DNA of 63,527 bases, the filler included, from Aduncisulcus paluster (taxonomy: Eukaryota): assembly GCA_024181965.1 (NCBI GenBank). It is 21 parts of 21 records of this genome, joined end to end, with 100 filler letters (N's around TTAATTAATTAA, not from the genome) between each part and the next. Parts side by side here need not be neighbours in the genome. Positions count along the whole stretch, not along the records: positions 46,706 to 60,044 come from BQXS01012256.1; positions 60,145 to 62,300 come from BQXS01012259.1; positions 62,401 to 63,527 come from BQXS01012260.1; 18 more parts are not named here. One strand, given 5' to 3'. The notes under the pieces are model-generated. The model was not told the DNA's origin, made no database searches, and saw nothing but the letters and a program-made list of their open reading frames with translations. The stretch's first letter is position 1. Every line of letters begins with the position of its first letter. Positions 56,431 through 63,527 of this stretch are shown here, piece by piece. The position numbers and the translations under genes were made by a program.

Positions 56431-58923
56431 TTAAAGGGAGTCATATCCATCATCTCCAAGTGTGGCATGATCTAAATCACCACCAGCAACGGGAGTCTGA
56501 GCTCCACCTTCCTCCAGGGGCATGTATCCACCACTCATATCACCTGAAGCAGAAGCCTCGGCGTCGTCTCCGCTATTCTTATAAACCACCACTCCTCCAA
56601 TGCCACCTCCAACAACAGCAGCAGATCCAAGACAGATAAGAATGATGCCTCCAATACCCAACTCAGAATCATTTTCATTGCCCGGGAAAATCCAATCGTC
56701 GGCAGGGCAGCTCAAGGTTTGAGGGCTGGACGCATCACCTTCCATACATTGGGTGTCGAGGTCCTTGTTATCACACCATCCACATGCGATTCCATTCTCT
56801 CCATTCCCTTCCATACATTTCTTCTTCTTTGTGAATTTCGAACAGAAAGGACACTGATCAGTCACATCGAATATGCTTTCATTGTCTCCGGAGCAGATAT
56901 CCGTAGATTCAGAGGTTGACACACACTGCTGGGATGCTGAGCACCATGAACAGAATGAGGGCTGTGCACAGGTGGAACAACTGGTGTAAGAAGAACATGG
57001 AACGCATTGAGAGCCTCTGTAGTCAGCACACGTATCACTACCGGTGTTTGTGTCGACACATGTTCCGTCTGTTTCACACCATCCACATGACAATCCGAAC
57101 TGAGAACCATAAGTGCACTCAGAACAACTTGTAATCTGATTACAAGAGGTGATAGTTTCAGGGTACCAAATATCACAAGCATCAACAAAAGGTCCAACGT
57201 CATCACCATACAAACATTGGCCAGCGCTAGCACACCATCCACACAACCGTTCAGATGTCTGGTATCCCTGTTGGATGCACTGAGTGGCATCATTATCGTA
57301 ATTGGAGCAACCGACAACAGTACCGTACTCCCATCCATTGTTACAGTTACTTCCAGGGGTCTGCCAACCGTATCCTCCCTCAACACATTCATTGCCGGCA
57401 TTAGAAGGGAGGTATCCATTGGTGATATCACCCCAACACCATCCACACATATTATCAGAATCATTAATGCACTCTGAATCATTGTCATAATGTCCACATG
57501 CAGCACATTCGCTGTATCTGAATGATCTTGAACATAATATTGATGCATCGTAAGGACCGTATGTATCGCCTTCAACACACTTATTTTCTTCAGCACACCA
57601 CCCACATGAAGCATCAGCAGTGCAGCTTCCACATGTTGAATATGAGGAACAATCAGGACAGCTGTTGGAATCTCCTTGGTAAAGGCCAGCGTCACAGGTG
57701 GCCACATCAGAGATACATGTCTGGGAATAACCACACCAAGAACACGTTCCCTCAGTAACATAGTTTGAATCAGCAGTTGTGTGATCAACACGGCAGCTGG
57801 AACATACAGTGTAGGCGGAACAATCCTCAATTCGGTAAACGTAGAGGTCGGAGGCTTCAGTCGTAACATTCAACCCACCGTGCATAATAAGGGCTCCGTG
57901 TTCACTGGTTGTATCATCCAACATACCGACATAGCTGGCCGTGGCAGCATACTCACGGAGAGCATACACACCATCGGGACTCCATGTTCCAATTTCATTG
58001 TCTCCAGGGTGGTAGGAGTAAACAGCATTGGTCTGTCCTGCAAAGATATACACGTTGGTACGGCCTGACACAAGAGATAATGTTGAACTTGCCTCATTAA
58101 ACGCAGAAAGCCCAGTTTCAGTTTTATCGGCAACCCACTCATTTGTGGCAACACAATACTTATAAATATCATCACAAACCTCCTCAACACTGCCATCATC
58201 TGAGCTACATGAACCAAATATGACGAACAAACACTCATCGTACATGCCAGATGCCATTATGGAAGCTGTATGGTTATATCTAGCTCTGGGAGGGATTCCA
58301 GAAGGAGTTATTTCACTTTCCCATTGTTGAGTTGTGAGATTGAATACAAATAAATCATTATCAAGGGTAAGGGCATCAGAGTCAGTACGACCTCCAAACA
58401 AAAAGGCACGATCGGCATCAATAGCACTATTGTAGGTAAAAGAAGCACCATACCGCTTAGGGGGTGCATTTGTTGCAGCACTAACATATACAATTTCATT
58501 TGGGGTATCATAGGCAATGTAATGGACATCATTCAGCAAGGAATTATTGTTTGACATACCTCCATAGAAATACATAGCCGTATCAGTACAGAAAACACTG
58601 GCATAAGCACGTGCTTTGGGCATCATTGTGGTTGATGTTGTCACGGTTATCTGGGACCAGGTGATAGATCTTACAGAGAAGTCAAGAGTTCCAACAAAAA
58701 CATCATTATGCATCTGATTGTCATATTCACCTCCATATACCAATAATTTGACAGCATCGCCATCAGTGAACGAACACATAATATGACCCTGGCGGGCATC
58801 CATGGCATCACCGAGGGGAGTAAAAAGATTCCATGAATTAGTTGCCATATCTGTAGCAAGAGCTATAGAGAAAACAAAAAATAAGATGGTCAAAAACATT
58901 GACAAATTCGATATTTTTCTCAT
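56431..58923 (-). CDS. Type I membrane protein: signal peptide, Kelch propeller, seven PSI repeats, TM, short tail (attractin/MEGF8-like)
   Basis: Kelch motifs ARQGH..VYGG, PKARAYAS..FYGG, PPKRYGAS..LFGG, PRARYNHTA; seven C..C..C...C[GS]WC repeats; TM IGGIILICLGSAAVVGGGIGGVVVY. Confidence 0.9.
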   Translation of the reverse strand: MRKISNLSMFLTILFFVFSIALATDMATNSWNLFTPLGDAMDARQGHIMCSFTDGDAVKLLVYGGEYDNQMHNDVFVGTLDFSVRSITWSQITVTTSTTMMPKARAYASVFCTDTAMYFYGGMSNNNSLLNDVHYIAYDTPNEIVYVSAATNAPPKRYGASFTYNSAIDADRAFLFGGRTDSDALTLDNDLFVFNLTTQQWESEITPSGIPPRARYNHTASIMASGMYDECLFVIFGSCSSDDGSVEEVCDDIYKYCVATNEWVADKTETGLSAFNEASSTLSLVSGRTNVYIFAGQTNAVYSYHPGDNEIGTWSPDGVYALREYAATASYVGMLDDTTSEHGALIMHGGLNVTTEASDLYVYRIEDCSAYTVCSSCRVDHTTADSNYVTEGTCSWCGYSQTCISDVATCDAGLYQGDSNSCPDCSSYSTCGSCTADASCGWCAEENKCVEGDTYGPYDASILCSRSFRYSECAACGHYDNDSECINDSDNMCGWCWGDITNGYLPSNAGNECVEGGYGWQTPGSNCNNGWEYGTVVGCSNYDNDATQCIQQGYQTSERLCGWCASAGQCLYGDDVGPFVDACDIWYPETITSCNQITSCSECTYGSQFGLSCGWCETDGTCVDTNTGSDTCADYRGSQCVPCSSYTSCSTCAQPSFCSWCSASQQCVSTSESTDICSGDNESIFDVTDQCPFCSKFTKKKKCMEGNGENGIACGWCDNKDLDTQCMEGDASSPQTLSCPADDWIFPGNENDSELGIGGIILICLGSAAVVGGGIGGVVVYKNSGDDAEASASGDMSGGYMPLEEGGAQTPVAGGDLDHATLGDDGYDSL

Positions 58924-59177
58924 TGTTAAGGAGAGAAAGCAAACAAAAATGGGGTCTGTGATAAGAAGAAGCATTAACACTAAGGAATGTAAAGACAAAC
59001 ATATAAACTATAGCAAGAGATTTTTTGTCCATATTGTATTGCAGTTTTATTAAATTATTAATTTTAATGTTGGAGTAGGCAACAGTCTCAGACAACAGTT
59101 ATCATTCAATGATTTGCGAAGTTATCATTCGCATGTCAAGTACTGACCTATGCTTTTCTTCTTTTTTTATGTTTTTG

Positions 59178-59720
59178 TCAAGGGTTTTTCTTATTCTGAT
59201 ATGAATCTTTTCCCTTAAAGTGGAGGTTTTTCTTTTGTCTTCAAGACGGCAAGATTTCTTGCTATCCTTTTTCTTGAAGAGAGAACTTTTCCTCCTTCCG
59301 TTGGTAGGGTGTTTTTTTTATAATTTTTTCATCCTCTCCCTTTTTTTTTTACCTATGCTTCCCCATGTCAATAGTTCCTGCTTCCCCATGTAAATAGTTC
59401 CTGCTTCCCCGTGTAAATAGTTCCTGCTTCCCCGTGTAAATAGTTCCTGCTTCCCCATGTAAATAGTTCCTGCTTCCCCATGTAAATAGTTCCTGCTTCC
59501 CCGTGTCCATGCCAATAGGTTTTTTTTTTTTTTTTTTTGCTTTTTTTTTTTTTTTCAAGGGTTTTCTAATTCTTGTATGAATATTTTCCCTTAAATTGGA
59601 GGTTTTTATTTTGTCTTAAAGATAGAACTTTTCCTCCTTCCATTGGTAGGGTGTTTTTAATTTTTTTTTACATCCTCCCTTTTTTTTGGCTTTTTTTTTT
59701 TACGACCGCTTCCCCCGTCC
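59178..59720. repeat. Diverged direct duplication of a cassette of about 135-165 bp flanking the minisatellite
   Basis: CAAGGGTTTT...TTCCCTTAAA.TGGAGGTTTTT...AGAACTTTTCCTCCTTCC.TTGGTAGGGTGTTTTT at about 59179-59345 and 59556-59690. Confidence 0.85.
59356..59506. repeat. 23-bp minisatellite, about 6.5 copies (TGCTTCCCCRTGTAAATAGTTCC)
   Basis: Head-to-tail units start at 59356, 59379, 59402, 59425, 59448, 59471 and 59494 (partial). No spacers. Confidence 0.97.
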
Positions 59721-60144
59721 GTTCCGGTAATTGGCTTTCTTTTTTTTTTTTTTTTTTTTGCTCAGCATGGAGCACTTCAATTACCTCCGTGCTGAGCAGG
59801 TCACGATGCTCGGTCTCTCTCTGCCAGAGCCGTGCTCAGGTAGGGAGATGATGGAGAGATGTGTTCGTCGACATAGGGAGGCCCTGGATTCATTATTCCC
59901 TCGATTAATGTTGAGGCCAATCTATGAACAGCAGTGTTGTTTTGGACAGTATCTTCTTTTCGAGGGGAAGAGTATATGCGATTTATTCGTTTCCTGTCCC
60001 AAATAGCACATGGCTGCAAAAATGGGGTCAAAAGATTTTGCATGNNNNNNNNNNNNNNNNNNNNNNNNNNNNNNNNNNNNNNNNNNNNTTAATTAATTAA
60101 NNNNNNNNNNNNNNNNNNNNNNNNNNNNNNNNNNNNNNNNNNNN

Positions 60145-60356
60145 AAGGCACCCTTGTCATCGATCCATGGGACACGGAACATGATGACACGCTCGGGTTC
60201 CATCAAACGCTCGAAGACACCAATGTACTTGGGCTCCTTGTCGAAGATGGGCTTGAGGGACTCGATAACCTCCTCAACGGCTTGGATGAACTCCTTCTGG
60301 TGTCCATCTCTTCTCTTAAGAATCTCGTAAAGATCAGCAACGGTAGTAGCGGGCAT
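60145..60356 (-). CDS. gdh: NADP-specific glutamate dehydrogenase, N-terminal fragment
   Basis: MPATTV...KRRDGHQKEFIQAVEEV.ESL...EPERVIMFRVPWIDDKG; closely resembles the Giardia GDH N-terminus as I recall it. Confidence 0.95.
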
Positions 60357-60931
60357 GATAAATTATTGTTCAAAGAAACAAAGTTTGTAACAAAAAGAAA
60401 GACATTAAATATGCTTCCAGAATTTTCAGAGATATTCTGGTCTTGCTCGTTCTCTTGACAAACAAAGACGATGATGTAGGCGTCAAAGGGGGATGCCATG
60501 CACAGATAATGAATGAATAAACATGTTATAATCGAGTTAATTGGAGAAACGACAGGATTCGAAATTAATTATCGGCAGGGGGCCACTGAGCGAGAAAAAG
60601 GCATTTTGGCATTTTCAAAATCATCCTTTTGCGTCCGAATTAATGGTTGAGTAGGATGAAGAAGGTTGTAATATTTTTGTGATTTTGGATTTTGATGTGA
60701 ATATAACCATTTCAAACATATTTTCATTGTGGATTCGGCTGAATTGAACATTGGCTATCATTCGGCTCGGTTATGTCGGATATATCGAAAATATCAGTTG
60801 TAACATCTTTTGACCATCCGCAAAATGGCTAGATGTTTTGTTTGGATCGTATCAAGCGTATGTGTGGAGAGAATAGTAATATGATCAATATCTATTGTCT
60901 ATCGAACATATTTTAAAGTTGACAATTATTT

Positions 60932-61373
60932 TCATCTTAAAATAATAATATCTTTATTGATAATGGATACTACAACTCCTAAGATATCTCCACTTCGAGT
61001 TTGAGACAAGGAACAGGAAGTGATTGCACCACGATTGATATCATAATGTGTTGTGGTCCAACTATCGCATTCATAATGCTTCTTTTCTGCCTTCTTCCCA
61101 ATGTTATTGTCGATATGTGAGACCATAAATGGATATTCGAAACTTTCAAAATGAAATGAGTTTTAAATCTCAAAATTAACTCACGTCAGGTTTATTTAGT
61201 AAAGATTTCCCTCATTAGGTTCTCATTAATTCGTAAACCATCACTCTCTGGTCTCTGTTTCCTGTTATCCAAACATTGCATCGGTCATTCGGAAGGAAGA
61301 AAGATAGAGAGCTGATTTCGGTTCAACGGAACAAACTCTGGTTCCACAGTTTGAACACATGTGGATGAAATCA
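60932..61373 (-). pseudogene. Possible degenerate member of the same expanded domain family
   Basis: Broken frames MISSTCVQTVEPEFV... and GKKAEKKHYE...WTTTHYDINRGAITSC loosely echo GKKTSKKYDF...WHFLPIDL. Confidence 0.3.
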
Positions 61374-61796
61374 TTTGAATAGAGATAGAATTGTATTTAA
61401 AATAAAAACAAACAAAATGATAAGAAAACAAACAATCGACCACACAGCACAAGATAGTTGGCATAATAAGAACAACAAAACAACAACAACCAGAGACAAG
61501 ACACAATCGCTGGATCCACTTCCTCTCTTCCGACGAGGAGGTGTTGAAAGATCAGTAATAGAATAAAACAAAATAATAAATAAAAATTGAATAATCTGCC
61601 AAAGGTTCGGAGAAAATATCATGTGAATGGCATCAGCTGATGATGATCAGCATTGTGTGTCAATCTGAAGAATTAATCAACGATTCAAGGGTTTTTTGAC
61701 TTTTTTACATGATCCGAGGATTGTTGAGATGCACCCTCATATTCTTCAGGTGGAAATGATATGGTTCCATTTGATGTCAGATAATCTGACTCGATT

Positions 61797-62300
61797 CTAG
61801 CGGAAATAGCATGTTTTCTTAAGTTTTGCCATGATATCATCTTGGGAATGTTCCGACATCCATGGCAAAAGGGATAATAGTTCACGGACAAGGGGTTCTT
61901 CTGGCATAGTAAATATAAGGGCATTGATCCAGAAATATCGACTATTCTTCTCCTTCCACATTCCTTTCCCTTCAATCTCACATAACACGATATTATCCAA
62001 ATCAATGGGAAGGAAGTGCCACGCAAAACGATGTCTAGGTCTTGTGAAATCATACTTCTTGGATGTCTTCTTACCATCACAATCAGTGAAAGTGAAGAGA
62101 AAAGAGCGAGAACAAAAATCCTCATGAACATAGATATAAGCACCTTTAATTGGGAAAGGTGATGGGAAAGGGATGGAAAGATGGGATAAGACTAGATAAT
62201 CTTGCCGTTTTAACATGTCTTGGGCTTGTGAACTCCGATCATAATATTCAGATTCCTTACAATACGTATCATTCTTGCAGGTAACCATCGGGAATGAACG
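61797..62300 (-). CDS. Lineage-expanded domain family protein (WHFLPIDL motif), 5'-truncated
   Basis: SHLSIPFPSPFPIKGAYIYV...FTFTDCDGKKTSKKYDF...WHFLPIDLDNIVLCEIEGKG. Confidence 0.75.
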   Translation of the reverse strand, partial: RSFPMVTCKNDTYCKESEYYDRSSQAQDMLKRQDYLVLSHLSIPFPSPFPIKGAYIYVHEDFCSRSFLFTFTDCDGKKTSKKYDFTRPRHRFAWHFLPIDLDNIVLCEIEGKGMWKEKNSRYFWINALIFTMPEEPLVRELLSLLPWMSEHSQDDIMAKLKKTCYFR

Positions 62301-62402
62301 NNNNNNNNNNNNNNNNNNNNNNNNNNNNNNNNNNNNNNNNNNNNTTAATTAATTAANNNNNNNNNNNNNNNNNNNNNNNNNNNNNNNNNNNNNNNNNNNN
62401 TA

Positions 62403-62885
62403 TTGAGCTATTTTTCGAAACTTGAAACTAAATGGAAATCACGCTTGATTCCAAATAGATCATTTAAGGAAGTATATAAAATATTAGGAGAGCTATTAGA
62501 TGTGTACTATGTAGTAATTGGATTTCAACCCGAAAAATGGACAACGCACTTCAAATTAAATTATAAAAAGATGAAAAAAGGAATAGACCAGCTTGGAATC
62601 AAATTATCGAAGCGTCAATGTGATCATCTAAAACAATATTGTGATGAGATTGATAAAAAATGTGAAATTAAGTTTGCAGATAATTATTTCTTTCTTTCCG
62701 AAATTGCTGAAGAAACATTCACAATTCCTATGTCAGGAGCTGCGATCGAGCGCTTTTTTAGTATAGTACATCTCTATAATCCACCAATTCGAGCAAAACA
62801 ATCGGTTCAGACTTTAATGTTGAACTCAATGAAAAAATTTAATGAAAAGAAAAAAGATCAAATATTACCATATATCATAGAATAA
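62403..62885 (+). mobile_element. hAT transposase C-terminal region (second family), 5'-truncated
   Basis: YFFLSEIA..FTIPMSGAAIERFFS......R fits the hAT dimerisation-domain motif. Confidence 0.8.
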
Positions 62886-63201
62886 AATAAAATATTGTTT
62901 TGGAAATAATAAAGAAATTTTGTATTTTTTAAAATCAATAGCATTCAAAACTAGTTAACCAGTTTCCTTGAAATGATAAATACAATCTCATCTTTCTATA
63001 TAGTATGAGAAAAAAATAATAATAAAAAAATAGAACAAATATATTATATATTAATTTTCCTCATTTATTATAATATCAACGTGTTTCCATAATTTTTCAC
63101 ATTGTGAAATAAAGCGAATAAAATAATAAATTTAACAACAAGGTAATTTATAAATTGAAATATTTATTGAAAAATTAAATATCCAAGAAGAAGAATTAGA
63201 A

Positions 63202-63527
63202 ATGGGTTTTCAAATTTTTGACAACCAATTTCAATCTTTTGAAACAACAATGAAAACAGAAAAGGAATATTTTAAAGAATTATTAGAATCAAAAGCGAGA
63301 AATGGTCAAAAGGTATGGTATTTATATGGAAAAGAGCACAAAATGAAAGGATTGAAAAAAGAGGCTATTATTGAAACTGCTATTAATCAATTGATCCTTG
63401 ATTTAGAAGTCCATAAAGATGACACATATTGTTATTGTTGTACAATGTGGATTAAAACGCTTGATCTATCATTAATATCACACATAACATCCGAGTTACA
63501 TATTCACAATTCCTCGCGGATTTTAAA
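63202..63527 (+). CDS. ORF with a C2H2 (U1/TTF/CGGBP1-like) zinc finger, running off the window
   Basis: Translated by hand: MGFQIFDNQF...DTYCYCCTMWIKTLDLSLISHITSELHIHNS (CX2CX13HX5H). Absent from the ORF track because it has no stop. Confidence 0.65.
   Translation, partial: MGFQIFDNQFQSFETTMKTEKEYFKELLESKARNGQKVWYLYGKEHKMKGLKKEAIIETAINQLILDLEVHKDDTYCYCCTMWIKTLDLSLISHITSELHIHNSSRIL

Noticed and set aside
59356..59506. 23-bp repeats as a CRISPR array
   Set aside because: The units are head-to-tail with no unique spacers, and there are no cas genes.
63121..63201. TAA/TAG read as Gln (hexamitid code) extending ORFs
   Set aside because: Legumain, the PGDH-like gene, the CDF gene and DTD1 end at TAA/TAG at the expected positions, and long ORFs have no internal TAR codons.
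1..63527. Fanzor/TnpB, reverse transcriptase, integrase, rRNA or bacterial defence genes
   Set aside because: No RuvC, YxDD, integrase or rRNA signatures were recognised by eye; a profile search would be needed to exclude very divergent cases.

Overview
This window is not one locus. It is 21 unrelated draft-assembly contig pieces joined by 20 artificial 100-nt linkers (44 N + TTAATTAATTAA + 44 N), plus seven 20-N scaffold gaps whose flanks are duplicated, so synteny cannot be read across linkers. Most contigs come from an AT-rich, intron-poor anaerobic protist using the standard code with short GTATGT..AG introns. A Giardia-like NADP-glutamate dehydrogenase and an expanded W-H-x-[LI]-P-[IV]-D domain family suggest a fornicate/Carpediemonas-like organism such as Aduncisulcus (inference). 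Recognisable genes: Fe-alcohol dehydrogenase, legumain, short PGDH-like dehydrogenase, CEP120-like coiled coil, HRD1-like RING ligase, DTD1, HELQ/POLQ-type helicase, ubiquitin, Mn-type CDF transporter, kinesin-4-like motor, a Kelch-PSI (attractin-like) receptor and an LRR-EGF-TM surface family. Mobile DNA: two hAT transposase ends, two gag-like ORFs and an RLE non-LTR retrotransposon remnant. One contig (35464-39342) is bacterial, probably Campylobacterota. My best candidate for an undescribed system is on that contig: a giant Ig/Calx-beta/cadherin adhesin with an unrecognised repeated C-terminal domain, tightly coupled to a small Cys-containing lipoprotein. Other leads are a three-hairpin GC island, a recurrent ATCA-CCGGGGG motif, and a 23-bp minisatellite inside a duplicated cassette. 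All family calls come from motif recognition by eye; no searches were run.
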